Source of the DNA: an uncultured virus (IMG/VR IMGVR_UViG_3300017923_000003)
Taxonomy: Duplodnaviria > Heunggongvirae > Uroviricota > Caudoviricetes
Reading direction: 5' to 3' (one strand)
DNA: 64,000 nt
Virus record (IMG/VR): IMGVR_UViG_3300017923_000003
Location: 1-64,000 of that record
The notes under the pieces are model-generated. The model was given only the letters and a program-made list of their open reading frames with translations, made no database searches and was not told the origin of the DNA. Position numbers and translations under genes: made by a program. This document shows positions 19,312 through 29,502 of this stretch, in pieces (position 1 is the first letter of the stretch; each line of letters begins with the position of its first letter).

Positions 19312-20289
19312 TTATGATACATAACCCATTATTGCATCAATCAAGTCACTTTTATTTTCGAAACCTTCATCTTTCTCATAATAGAATATAGGTGAAACAC
19401 CGATATGGATGGATAGAGACTCATCTGTATAGCCATCGTAAAAACTAATATTTCCTTCTTCATGGAAATATATGAGATTATCAACTATAGCTCTATATAA
19501 TTTATTAGTTAAACCATCCATATCTCCACCTAGAAATTTATATTTATTTATTATTTTTAAATCTTCCACTTCTTCTAAAACATGTATATACCAACCCACT
19601 ATATCTTTCATGTACGGTTTAGATAATTCTTCTAACACAACAACACCATCGAAATCTATTTCTTCTGCTTCTTTTTTTGTTATCTTTAAACCTTTATTTT
19701 TATATTTATTTTCTAAATCAAAATATCCTGGATTCTCCTGTAAATTAAAACTATTCATATTGTAATCGTAAAACTCAAAAATTTCAAACGCAAATTGATA
19801 TATTTTTTCATTATTAGATATTTCTTTTACTATGGTTTCTAAAAACAAATCTTCCAGCAATTCATTTTTTTTTTCTGTGAATAGATACTCTAAGTATTTT
19901 GGTATGTCTTCTTTTACTATTAAATCAACCTTAATAGGGAAATTGAAATTATTTAAGAAACTAACATCCCCTATGGAATCAATCACCTTTATCTTATCCA
20001 TATTTTTAAAAACACTCAGTGCATCTAAAATAGAAAAACCATCAGGCAATATATCTTTAGAGCGGTGATGAAATACTTCTAATTCCTTGTGGGATAGTAT
20101 TATATCTTCACTTACTAAATTGATCATAGAAAGTCTTCTTACATATTCTTCATTTGGTTCAGCATTATTGATATAATAGACTAAGAAACTCCCACCCCAT
20201 GTACCGATAGCTTTGTAAAAAGAAAGATCACTCATATTGTCTATATCTCGAACATTAATATCTCTATTCATTTTTCTCACCACCGTCAT
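19312..20289 (-). CDS. Hypothetical protein, paralogue family member
   Basis: MSDLSFYKAIGTWGGSFLVYYINN...EYVRRL, FKNMDKIKVIDSIGDVSF, IFYYEKD. Confidence 0.65.
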   Translation of the reverse strand: MTVVRKMNRDINVRDIDNMSDLSFYKAIGTWGGSFLVYYINNAEPNEEYVRRLSMINLVSEDIILSHKELEVFHHRSKDILPDGFSILDALSVFKNMDKIKVIDSIGDVSFLNNFNFPIKVDLIVKEDIPKYLEYLFTEKKNELLEDLFLETIVKEISNNEKIYQFAFEIFEFYDYNMNSFNLQENPGYFDLENKYKNKGLKITKKEAEEIDFDGVVVLEELSKPYMKDIVGWYIHVLEEVEDLKIINKYKFLGGDMDGLTNKLYRAIVDNLIYFHEEGNISFYDGYTDESLSIHIGVSPIFYYEKDEGFENKSDLIDAIMGYVS

Positions 20290-20497
20290 ATATCTTTTTT
20301 AAAACATTACACTTACATATAATGTAATCGGTATTAGCTGTTGTATCCAACACTACATCGTCAATTCTAAGAATATAAATGACATTTTTGTGGTTTACTT
20401 TTAATGCCCATTTCAATTCAGGTTTAACTCTCGAGTGAACAACAATTTCTTTTTCATCATTATCTTTACCATCGAACCTTAAACTGACAGTATACAT
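20264..20497 (-). CDS. Hypothetical protein
   Basis: Translationally coupled small ORF. Confidence 0.55.
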   Translation of the reverse strand: MYTVSLRFDGKDNDEKEIVVHSRVKPELKWALKVNHKNVIYILRIDDVVLDTTANTDYIICKCNVLKKIYDGGEKNE

Positions 20498-20812
20498 TTA
20501 TTCACCACTCCTTCTTGATTCATCTAAAAGTGTATTACCTAAATCCCATATTGCCTTTTCATTAAAATTTTCATTACCTAACATCTTTACTAGACTACAC
20601 TTTTTAATAGTGTGCTCAAACACTTCATCAAAACTGAAATCCAAATCATCATTAGATAATCTAACTACCCTGTCGATTTGTTCGATAGTATCATAAAGTT
20701 CTCTGTCCTCTTCTCTTATTTCATTTCTGATTCCATCTAAATCTTCTACCGCGTTTCTAAAATTTTCAACCTTTTCGATATACTCTTTAATAAACTTAGC
20801 TCTCTTTTCCAT
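20498..20812 (-). CDS. Hypothetical early protein
   Basis: AAGGAGATG RBS; early motif at 20837-20847. Confidence 0.6.
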   Translation of the reverse strand: MEKRAKFIKEYIEKVENFRNAVEDLDGIRNEIREEDRELYDTIEQIDRVVRLSNDDLDFSFDEVFEHTIKKCSLVKMLGNENFNEKAIWDLGNTLLDESRRSGE

Positions 20813-20836
20813 TTATAATCATCTCCTTCTACCCTT

Positions 20837-20848
20837 ATAATATATAAC
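20837..20848 (-). promoter_or_regulatory. Early-type promoter motif
   Basis: TTATATATTAT. Confidence 0.65.
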
Positions 20849-20901
20849 TGTTATAGAATAATAAAAATAAATAAGGTAGGGTTTTACCCCTACCGTATAT
20901 T

Positions 20902-21888
20902 TTAAAGACTAAAACCGTCTTCATCTTCAACTTCAACTTTGTCTTTTTTAATCTGTTTTTCAGTATCACTTACTGCTTCAATAGTTGAAACCTTATATTG
21001 TCTATCTTCTTTAGAGGCTTCATCCATTGCTCTTTTTCTTTTCTCACTATCTTTTTCACTGTATAAATCTAATGTATCATTAATCTTTTCAATTTTCTTT
21101 TCTAGAGAAAATTTAGCATAGAAGAAAAGATATACTATGTATCTTAAAAAAGCTGTTATCTTATATAACAAATATGCAAGTCCCATAGAGAAAATTCTAA
21201 GTGTATCATTTAAAGAAGCCTCTGAATACATAGTGATAAATTCACCATTGAAAATATCAGATTCACCGATCAATTCTTTAGAGAAATCAATCTTAAAGAA
21301 TTTCTTTAAACCATCATCACTCAATATATCTTCAGTTTTAATGAAAGGAGTTTTGAATTCCTTTTTATTACCAATCGTTTTATCTAAATCTTCACCTTCT
21401 TTAGCCCACTCTAAAAGAGCAGATGATAACACTGTCGCCATTTCTATCATATAAAGAATAAGTCCTGCATAAAATAAGGACATAACATTTTCCTCGTTAT
21501 TCTTAAAAGATTTCCTGAAATCTCTTCTATGTTTCATCATGAAATCGAAAGTGTCTAAATAAATATTCGCATATTTGGATTTATTCTTCATACCCTTTTG
21601 ATATGATTCTAAAAGTTTATTTAAACGTGTAAAATCTTTATAGTAGTTTATCTTTTTAATATCACCTTTAGATTCCATAATTTCATGTACCTTTATCTTC
21701 TTCATCTTTTTGGTGATTGCCGAAATAAGTTTTACTGAAACCTTACCAACAACAGAATCCGAAGCGTTACCTTTTTTACCAAAGTCACTAGGGGATTCTT
21801 TTACTAATGTTGAATAATAGTTTCTATAACTTTTTTCAGACAACTCACTTGCATACAATGTATAAGCATCTTCATTAGTGATAGCCAT
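20902..21888 (-). CDS. Probable virion (head) protein
   Basis: Late operon; contains YSEA and IGES candidate prohead-protease sites. Confidence 0.45.
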   Translation of the reverse strand: MAITNEDAYTLYASELSEKSYRNYYSTLVKESPSDFGKKGNASDSVVGKVSVKLISAITKKMKKIKVHEIMESKGDIKKINYYKDFTRLNKLLESYQKGMKNKSKYANIYLDTFDFMMKHRRDFRKSFKNNEENVMSLFYAGLILYMIEMATVLSSALLEWAKEGEDLDKTIGNKKEFKTPFIKTEDILSDDGLKKFFKIDFSKELIGESDIFNGEFITMYSEASLNDTLRIFSMGLAYLLYKITAFLRYIVYLFFYAKFSLEKKIEKINDTLDLYSEKDSEKRKRAMDEASKEDRQYKVSTIEAVSDTEKQIKKDKVEVEDEDGFSL

Positions 21889-21906
21889 ATATGTTAACCT
21901 CCTTTA

Positions 21907-22974
21907 TTATTTATTTAGTCTAACTAACTGTTTCAATTCCTTTTCATACCTACTGGTATCTTTGGCAACCTCATCAAATGGGTATTTTGTAAAAACTTTA
22001 TCTCCATCATATTTAATTTCTACTAAGTCAGTATCTGTATCATAAATATAAATACCCATTGCCATCAATTTTTTCATAATCATCTGACTTTCATTATACA
22101 TATCCATTTTTTCGGAAGACTCCAACTTATCCACAAAATCTTTAGTTACTAAAAATACTGAGAATGGGTATTTTTGTAAACCCATATCCTTTTTGAGTCT
22201 AGCTTGTTCTATTTCTTTAAACACACTATTTTTCTTAGTTCTTTCTTTAGCCATTTCTTTCATAACATCGTAGTCAATTAAAAAGTCTTTAACGAAATGT
22301 TTTTCTGGATTTGTTAAAGAAACGAATCTTTTAAAAAATCTCTTTGTATCATATGTTGACAACTTCATTCTTAATGTAGTCGCTGGCACATATCTAGGTA
22401 CAGCTTGAATAGCCATATTATATCTTATTGATTTGATTTCGTTTTTATTACCACCAGTAACATATTTAACTTCTATTTCAATATTGGTTGGTTCAGAACC
22501 TCTTTCTTTAATAAGATAAGATTTAGCTTCTGAATAAACTTCAACATTGACGTCTTTAATTCTGGAAGCTACGTAATCAATAGCCTCTCTCTCTAATGTG
22601 ATCTTAGCATCTAATTCACTATTTTTTAAACCATTAAGTGTTGCCAAATCAACAGCACCAGAGTTATCAAAAGGAAGCATTTCTACTACGGATTGATAGT
22701 TTACCTTATCTGGTCCAGATGCAATATCTCTTTCTAAAATTCTTTTAATATCATATGCAATTTTAACTTCTGCTGATTTCGCTAATTCCATAGTAACATC
22801 TTTTGTGATGTCATCTGTGGCGATAACAGGAAACACAATAGAACTACCCTGAGCAGAACGTGTGATGCTAGTGTTTTTTGATATGGTATTAAATAATGTT
22901 TTTTTGATAGATAGAGAAACCTTAGAAGATAAAATGGTACCGAGAATCTCACCTATTTGCTGTTCTACAATCAT
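21907..22974 (-). CDS. Probable virion (head) protein
   Basis: Late-type promoter motif near 23018-23022; YSEA motif. Confidence 0.45.
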   Translation of the reverse strand: MIVEQQIGEILGTILSSKVSLSIKKTLFNTISKNTSITRSAQGSSIVFPVIATDDITKDVTMELAKSAEVKIAYDIKRILERDIASGPDKVNYQSVVEMLPFDNSGAVDLATLNGLKNSELDAKITLEREAIDYVASRIKDVNVEVYSEAKSYLIKERGSEPTNIEIEVKYVTGGNKNEIKSIRYNMAIQAVPRYVPATTLRMKLSTYDTKRFFKRFVSLTNPEKHFVKDFLIDYDVMKEMAKERTKKNSVFKEIEQARLKKDMGLQKYPFSVFLVTKDFVDKLESSEKMDMYNESQMIMKKLMAMGIYIYDTDTDLVEIKYDGDKVFTKYPFDEVAKDTSRYEKELKQLVRLNK

Positions 22975-23081
22975 CTATTTTTCCTCCTTAAATAAAAGTA
23001 ATCGATATCTAATATAGTTGTTGAATACTGCTTAATTCACAAAAAAAGAGGGTACACCCCTCTTTAAATTTAACCAACCTA

Positions 23082-23951
23082 TTAGAATTTAGACTTATTT
23101 ACAATATCTAAAAGTGTCTGGTATTCTTCTTCATCTAAGTTTTCAATAAATAAATCAAAATCGAATATCTTTATATATGGGTGTATCTTTTCATCTTCAC
23201 CATCCACTATTCTATCAAGATTACTTTCAATATATTTAATAGTCCTCTTTCTTCCTTTACCCCTCACACCTGGATAATCATATTTTTTTATACCCCGGAT
23301 AGTATAATAATATTTTAAGAACTCTATATCTATATTAGGTAATTTCTTAACTGTATTTTCACAGAAGTTTTCTTTTGTATATGATTCTTGCCCATCAAAC
23401 ATTGTCACGTTTTCATTTATTAAGTTTAAGAAATCCAACCTATCTCTTGAAATCAAAAGTATTTCTTTTTTGTAATCTCTTAGTAATATGAAAGCGTGTG
23501 TGAAAACAGCCGGGTCAAACTGTTTGGTATTAATGATTTCTATAAGTGGACTTGCTTTTTTCAATTGGTTGAATATATCCACAAAATGTTCGAAAATCAT
23601 CTTTGCAAATTCATTCTTCTTTTTATTATCGTATCTGTTGTGTCTCCATTTAGGGTATATTTTAACAAAGTTAGAAACCTCATTTGAATATATAAGTATT
23701 ACCCTTTTGGTTCTAAGTGATGTTAAAACCAATTTAAACATCTCACTAACTGAAGACACATATTCTGACATCTTATCTTCATCTACCAGAAATTCATTAA
23801 TCATACTCTCATAAAATGTTGTAGAGAAGACACTATTTAGATTAATTATTACTGTATTGTATTCATCCATATGGATGTTTTCATTATCTTTAAATTTTAA
23901 AAGATCAAACATTATTCTTCTAGATAAATCAATATCCATTGTGACCACCAC
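23082..23951 (-). CDS. RNase H / 5'-3' exonuclease-like protein (T4 RNase H/FEN fold)
   Basis: IYPKWRHNR, LLISRDRLD and PGVRGKGRKRT (H3TH-like) motifs. Confidence 0.55.
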   Translation of the reverse strand: MVVTMDIDLSRRIMFDLLKFKDNENIHMDEYNTVIINLNSVFSTTFYESMINEFLVDEDKMSEYVSSVSEMFKLVLTSLRTKRVILIYSNEVSNFVKIYPKWRHNRYDNKKKNEFAKMIFEHFVDIFNQLKKASPLIEIINTKQFDPAVFTHAFILLRDYKKEILLISRDRLDFLNLINENVTMFDGQESYTKENFCENTVKKLPNIDIEFLKYYYTIRGIKKYDYPGVRGKGRKRTIKYIESNLDRIVDGEDEKIHPYIKIFDFDLFIENLDEEEYQTLLDIVNKSKF

Positions 23952-24696
23952 TCAAAATATATTTTACTTTATTTTCTTTTAGATAATCTTCTTTCACAAT
24001 TTCTTCAACTTCTTTCATATGAACACCGGATCCCCTATCCATTAAAGTTTCTATAAAATGATAATAGATTTCTAGTATATCATTTAAATTGCTATTGTCT
24101 AAATATAAGGCATTCATTTCTGCTGGAGAATACCTATTGAATTTATGGAACAAAAACAAAACCTCTTCTCTTTGGAAGAATCTATAAAATAAATCAACCT
24201 CTTCTCTTACATCCTTATTCTTTATTTTATAGAGGAAATCCATTTTATTATCTTGATTTAAAAACCCAAGGTCATCATGATATAAATCATACCATGTTTT
24301 TGTGTGTTGCATATTGTTTTCTTTTTCAAGTTGGATTATATCGTCCATGCCTCTGTTGTGTAAAATAGAAACGACAAGTCTAACTTCAGTCTCCAAGTAA
24401 TAAAATAAAGTTGACTTCACCCTCTCTTTTAAAACTACATCATCCAGCTTCCTTAATGAAGGTATTTCAACAGACCACAAATACATTTTGAAATCTTTTA
24501 GAAATTCTTCAAACCCTAATCTATATATTATCTTTTCAACATCTATTTTATTTACTGTCTTAGGGCTGAGTCTTTTAGATTTTATATACTCTCTAGATAT
24601 TTCATCATCATAATTGCTTATGTGTTTTGCAATGAAGTTATATTTGTCTTCTGAAATACCTAAATTTTTAAAGAAATTTTTTCTGTATACATCCAT
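23929..24696 (-). CDS. Hypothetical protein
   Basis: 255-aa ORF with an RBS; KIDVEKIIYRLGFEEF weakly resembles the paralogue block. Confidence 0.55.
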   Translation of the reverse strand: MDVYRKNFFKNLGISEDKYNFIAKHISNYDDEISREYIKSKRLSPKTVNKIDVEKIIYRLGFEEFLKDFKMYLWSVEIPSLRKLDDVVLKERVKSTLFYYLETEVRLVVSILHNRGMDDIIQLEKENNMQHTKTWYDLYHDDLGFLNQDNKMDFLYKIKNKDVREEVDLFYRFFQREEVLFLFHKFNRYSPAEMNALYLDNSNLNDILEIYYHFIETLMDRGSGVHMKEVEEIVKEDYLKENKVKYILSGGHNGY

Positions 24697-24797
24697 TATT
24701 CAACACCCCTTTCATCTTTTGGTTAAAAAAATAATCTGGGGAACTAAATCCCCAGAATTATTTAATTTATTATAATAAATTAAACTATTTGATATAC

Positions 24798-25592
24798 TTA
24801 AATTCTTTGTAGTAAATCAAATAATCTATCATCTAGAAACTTATTATTTGCAATAGCAATTTTAAAGTTTCTAGATTGTGGTTGCTGCTTTGTATATAAG
24901 AATAACTTGTTTCTTTCACTAGGTCTACCGAATCTAGCAGGATCATAACCTAATGCAGAAACGATCACCGAAATGATGTTAACATTAACTGACACCAATT
25001 CGTTGACTTTATCCACACTAGCAACCATACCGTGGCTTGGGAAAAATCTACGATTCTTCTGCTTAATCTTAGAGAAATCAATTTCATATTCTTCTCTAGA
25101 CAGTGCTCCTAAATCTTCATCTACAGATAACTTCTCAACAACATCCAATTTCTTAAATACTAAAATAGGAATAGCATCGAAGAAATCTGTGAATCTTCCA
25201 TCACGGTAATTTGCACCACTGATTTTACAGATGGTATCGATAGCTGCCTCACTGTCAACTTGGATTTGACTAGCTAGACTTTCAATATCAAATCTCTCCC
25301 AATTAACCTTTTCAGGTTTAATTTCCTGTATGTTCTCAAGCAGGAAATCTGAGATTGCTTGATAGCTTAAGTTTGTAACTAGTAATTCAGGTTCATCATA
25401 TTCTTTAACTGAACCTAAATTGACACCACTGTGTTGTGGGCTGAAATCTCTGTCAGTGAAACTATCTTTCAAACTTGTTTTCTTTGGTCTCTCGTTGCTC
25501 ATTTTTTTATTCCCCCTACTTTGATTATTGTCCTTTTCTTTTTTACCATTAACATTGTTGTCATTTTCAAAATTGTCCATATCTTTTTTCAT
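24798..25592 (-). CDS. Hypothetical protein
   Basis: AAGGAGATGG RBS; both early and late promoter motifs upstream. Confidence 0.6.
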   Translation of the reverse strand: MKKDMDNFENDNNVNGKKEKDNNQSRGNKKMSNERPKKTSLKDSFTDRDFSPQHSGVNLGSVKEYDEPELLVTNLSYQAISDFLLENIQEIKPEKVNWERFDIESLASQIQVDSEAAIDTICKISGANYRDGRFTDFFDAIPILVFKKLDVVEKLSVDEDLGALSREEYEIDFSKIKQKNRRFFPSHGMVASVDKVNELVSVNVNIISVIVSALGYDPARFGRPSERNKLFLYTKQQPQSRNFKIAIANNKFLDDRLFDLLQRI

Positions 25593-25633
25593 TTGTCCAT
25601 CTCCTTTTAATAATAGTTGTTTGGTTCAACTTA

Positions 25634-25645
25634 ATAATATATAAT
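25634..25645 (-). promoter_or_regulatory. Early-type promoter motif
   Basis: TTATATATTAT. Confidence 0.65.
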
Positions 25646-25686
25646 TATATTTCCTTATCTATTTTTTTGTTATAGGCTAAGGAAAT

Positions 25687-26793
25687 TTATTTTAAATCTT
25701 CGTTGTTCTTCTCAATGTCCATATCCTCGCTGACATTAGAATTTGTGTCGTTATCAATCAAATCTAAAAGATATACTTCTTTTTGAACATCATAAAAACC
25801 TTCCACATTAAAATCGAGTATGTTGTCTTTGATATATTTATATACTGCCACTCTTCTTAAACCATTCTCATGTGTGAGTTCTTGAACCACATCGATAATT
25901 TCAATATCATCATATTTGATATCCTCATATTCATTATCTATTCTCTTTTCTAAATAATCATAAAGACTATCAATTATCTCCATCTGAGCAGACTCTTCGT
26001 CTCTATCTGAAGGCAGTTCGTATTCAAATTTATCAATATAGAATTTAGATGTTCTCTCCATCGACTTAATATAAACGATAGTTTTTAATATGGTATCTGT
26101 ATCCACTGTTGTGGTGCATTCACAAATGGAATCTTTTATCTCTTCCATTAAAACTTTTCTTTCTCCTCTATCAATTATATCATCACCATAGTAAAGTCTC
26201 ACGAAAATATGCATCAAAGCCACAAGTAAATCTAGATAGACTCCCATGTATGGTGCCATGTTAATCATTGTCTGAGATAATTCAAACACAGCAGTGTGTA
26301 ACGTGGACTTATAAAATAAATTATCCACGAATTCTGTTGTGTCCATAAAGCCTTTGAAAGCAACATCCGTAAGAAAATCATAATCCTCAAAGAATGGACA
26401 TTCAGCATATAATCTATAAATATCAAACACAAAAGACATATCTAATTTCTTTGTGTTATGTGTTGGTTCTATCTCCTTACAGATATCTATAATCATTTCC
26501 AGTCCTTCTGTATCAGAGGTGGATTTTGTTATCTTTTCTTTAGATGCTCTAAAATCATTAACCAACATCTTAAATATTTCTTCTCTGAATTTTAATTTCC
26601 TAGCTGATTCTTTATTTATTAAACCAGGATTCTTTTTAATCAGTGTAGCTGCAACTGAATACTCTTTTAAATATAAAGCTCCCTCTATACCGTACTCAAA
26701 ATAAATCACAGCTTTATGGAAAGGGTTACCACTTAACTGGTATCTTTCCACTAAATCTCTTATCTTCTCCACATCCCTCAATGTCAGCATCAA
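25687..26793 (-). CDS. Hypothetical acidic helical protein
   Basis: 368-aa ORF in an early operon. Confidence 0.6.
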   Translation of the reverse strand: MMLTLRDVEKIRDLVERYQLSGNPFHKAVIYFEYGIEGALYLKEYSVAATLIKKNPGLINKESARKLKFREEIFKMLVNDFRASKEKITKSTSDTEGLEMIIDICKEIEPTHNTKKLDMSFVFDIYRLYAECPFFEDYDFLTDVAFKGFMDTTEFVDNLFYKSTLHTAVFELSQTMINMAPYMGVYLDLLVALMHIFVRLYYGDDIIDRGERKVLMEEIKDSICECTTTVDTDTILKTIVYIKSMERTSKFYIDKFEYELPSDRDEESAQMEIIDSLYDYLEKRIDNEYEDIKYDDIEIIDVVQELTHENGLRRVAVYKYIKDNILDFNVEGFYDVQKEVYLLDLIDNDTNSNVSEDMDIEKNNEDLK

Positions 26794-27674
26794 TATCCTC
26801 CTCTCAATTTCTCTGTTATATCCTTTGCTAAAATTTTATTGTCTGTTTTAGAATCCACATAATATGGTAACATGTCTGTTAAGGAACGCACAAATTTTTC
26901 AAAATTATCATTTATATAAGAAATAATGTAGTCCCTTGACTTATAATCTAAAAGCCACTCAAACATAAGTTCCAACATATGTTCCTTATATGTTTGATAG
27001 AATTCATCACAAAGTATAGGTACAACTCTGTATTTCTCGTAATCAATAGGCGTATCCTTATCAACCACGAATCTTTCTTCATTGAATTTGTCGTCACTTT
27101 CAGCTGTTATACCCTGCATATTTTTATACATCATAAGGTAATCAACTGGTGAACCCAACCATTCTATAACTTGACCAACCCATATTGCAACGGTTTCTAC
27201 AAGTGTATTTAAAACCATCTTTTCATTTAAGAGTTCAACAAATTCACCCGGAACCTCATTTAAATAATAGATGGCTAGATTGGGGCACTGCTCAATTAAC
27301 ATATTATCATTAAAACTTTCTATTAATTCATCCAAAAGTTTTTTGTCTTTTGGGTATCCTCTATAAAAAGGCAGATACATAATATCAATAGCCTTCTCAC
27401 AATATATATGGCACTTACCGCAGTCTTCGTCACAATCCATCCATGATTTTTTATTTTTAAAATTTAAAACATCTATTATCTCTTCTATATATTCATGTAT
27501 TAGATCCTCATGACGAAACACCTCAAAGAAAAATGGTGTCTTTTCAATAAGTTCATATAACCCGTCTCCTATTTCTCTAAAAACTTTAGGATCGTTTGTA
27601 ACATCGTATAAATTTTTAAAATACATATAATCTTTTACATTTACCATTTCTTCACCTCCCAATTTCTCAATCAT
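26790..27674 (-). CDS. Hypothetical protein with a CDEDCGKCHIYC Cys cluster
   Basis: 294-aa ORF; four Cys may bind metal or an Fe-S cluster. Confidence 0.55.
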   Translation of the reverse strand: MIEKLGGEEMVNVKDYMYFKNLYDVTNDPKVFREIGDGLYELIEKTPFFFEVFRHEDLIHEYIEEIIDVLNFKNKKSWMDCDEDCGKCHIYCEKAIDIMYLPFYRGYPKDKKLLDELIESFNDNMLIEQCPNLAIYYLNEVPGEFVELLNEKMVLNTLVETVAIWVGQVIEWLGSPVDYLMMYKNMQGITAESDDKFNEERFVVDKDTPIDYEKYRVVPILCDEFYQTYKEHMLELMFEWLLDYKSRDYIISYINDNFEKFVRSLTDMLPYYVDSKTDNKILAKDITEKLRGGY

Positions 27675-28185
27675 GTACCTTACATTCCTCTATTATAGTG
27701 TTAAGATTGCGAGAAAATTTATTCTTAATGGTTTTGGTATCCAAAATCAATTCAGCCATCTTAATGAGCTCTTTTAAAAGCGTATTCTCATTCTTATCTT
27801 TTATTAAGGATAGAAAATCACGTAAATGTGATTCATCGACCTCATGTAATATTTGGATTAAGAATTTTACTACACTTTCTTTATTATCTATTGAGTCCAT
27901 TATATTTTTTATGAGCATATATAATTCCTTACCCATTAAACACTGTATCTTTAATGAATCCAAAAGCATCTCAATATTATCCTTACTGTTTGCTTTTTTT
28001 ATTACCTCTTTAATTAGCTCCTCGTCATTTTCCCTCAATATTTTAGAATGTCTGGACTCATTTAAATGTTTCACTATATTAAAATTGATATTCTTAGCTA
28101 TTTCTAAAACTTCTTCATCTTCAATATTTTCTATTTCTTTTGGATCATTTAAAACTCTTAAAAAACTATAAACTGCATTCATCAA
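27667..28185 (-). CDS. Hypothetical early protein
   Basis: AGGAGATGAT RBS; early motif at 28228-28238. Confidence 0.6.
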   Translation of the reverse strand: MMNAVYSFLRVLNDPKEIENIEDEEVLEIAKNINFNIVKHLNESRHSKILRENDEELIKEVIKKANSKDNIEMLLDSLKIQCLMGKELYMLIKNIMDSIDNKESVVKFLIQILHEVDESHLRDFLSLIKDKNENTLLKELIKMAELILDTKTIKNKFSRNLNTIIEECKVHD

Positions 28186-28227
28186 TAATCATCTCCTAAT
28201 TAATATTATTATTACCGTTCTAATATA

Positions 28228-28239
28228 ATAATATATAAT
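28228..28239 (-). promoter_or_regulatory. Early-type promoter motif
   Basis: TTATATATTAT. Confidence 0.65.
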
Positions 28240-28251
28240 TGAAGAAAAATA

Positions 28252-28626
28252 CTAGAGTGTGTGTTTTAAATTATCATACACTGCTAATAACTCCGGGATA
28301 TTCTCTGGATTCATTATAAACACATCACTCGTACAATCAAAGTCATCGGGATGTGAAACCCCATTTAATTTCATGAGTATAAACCAAAGATCTGGAGTAC
28401 CATAAAGTGTGTTGGATAATATCTTTGGTTTATTATCGAAAGTTTTTACTTCATCTCTATCAAATGTTAAAACCATCTTGTTTTTTTGGATGATATCGGA
28501 ACACAAATCCAAAATATGTTCATTTTTTAATTTTTTTATTTTACAGTTATCAAAGTTGAATATACTTTCATCCAATAAATTAACATATTCAGAATAACTT
28601 GAAAAATCCTCTTTATTTAGATACAT
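28252..28626 (-). CDS. Baseplate wedge protein (T4 gp53-like, LysM-like)
   Basis: KPKILSNTLYGTPDLWFILMKLNG signature. Confidence 0.7.
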   Translation of the reverse strand: MYLNKEDFSSYSEYVNLLDESIFNFDNCKIKKLKNEHILDLCSDIIQKNKMVLTFDRDEVKTFDNKPKILSNTLYGTPDLWFILMKLNGVSHPDDFDCTSDVFIMNPENIPELLAVYDNLKHTL

Positions 28627-28629
28627 TTA

Positions 28630-29388
28630 TTAATCCCCTTTCATTGGTATAATATCGGGTATATGCATAATTCTAAAATCATTTAAATCACCGGAAATAA
28701 AACAACCTATCATTTCGTGACCATATTTTATAACCCTATCGTTTAACCCCTCATATTTAACATTGAAAAATTGGAAAGGTTTTATAATTGGGTGCACATG
28801 TTTTCTATGTGGTTGTGGTGGGTGTCCATCCCCTCTTGAATCTACAAGATGATCGTGTTTTAAATCCATTGAGGAAAAGGAGAAGTTTATTGGCCTACTT
28901 ACACCATTTTGCTCAAACGGTTTAAAAACAAAATCCGGAAGATCTTTAACGACAGCATTTCTAATAGCCGGTGGTGAAGATTTTATTGTGGGACTAGGTG
29001 AGGAAACCTCCGTTGTTTCTATTTCGTCTACCCTTTCTTTAAATGGTGGTTTTGCATAACTACCACCAACAGGTACAACTTCAGTTTCTGTTATACAATG
29101 TGAGTGTGTCATCTTATATATCTGACCAAACATCCAACTTCTATAATCTGTCATGGCTTTTGCTTTTAAAAAATTAGCTGTCGATACATTCTTAGCCATG
29201 TTTGTTTTATTTAAAACGTGAGAACTTTCGTTTGTTGGTTCGTTCTTTGTTATTGGTGGTAATTTTTCTAACTTTGGCATTAACCTAGGTATACTTATCT
29301 CAAATTCCTTTGAGGTTATATGTGCTCTAGGTGTGAGTAATATGCATTTTTCTATGCTGGTTGGTTCAAAATACTCGTTATTAAACAT
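28630..29388 (-). CDS. Baseplate spike/hub-associated protein
   Basis: IPRLMP near the N-terminus and a His cluster (HPPQPHRKHVH) like metal-capped spike tips; adjacent to the wedge gene. Confidence 0.4.
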   Translation of the reverse strand: MFNNEYFEPTSIEKCILLTPRAHITSKEFEISIPRLMPKLEKLPPITKNEPTNESSHVLNKTNMAKNVSTANFLKAKAMTDYRSWMFGQIYKMTHSHCITETEVVPVGGSYAKPPFKERVDEIETTEVSSPSPTIKSSPPAIRNAVVKDLPDFVFKPFEQNGVSRPINFSFSSMDLKHDHLVDSRGDGHPPQPHRKHVHPIIKPFQFFNVKYEGLNDRVIKYGHEMIGCFISGDLNDFRIMHIPDIIPMKGD

Positions 29389-29502
29389 TTAAAAACCTCC
29401 TAATACTTTTGTACCTCCAAATGTCGGAAACAAAATAATGTACTAATTTAATTGTTTCATGCGGTATTATATTTCAATATTATCAGTGGGAGGCTCAAAA
29501 TT

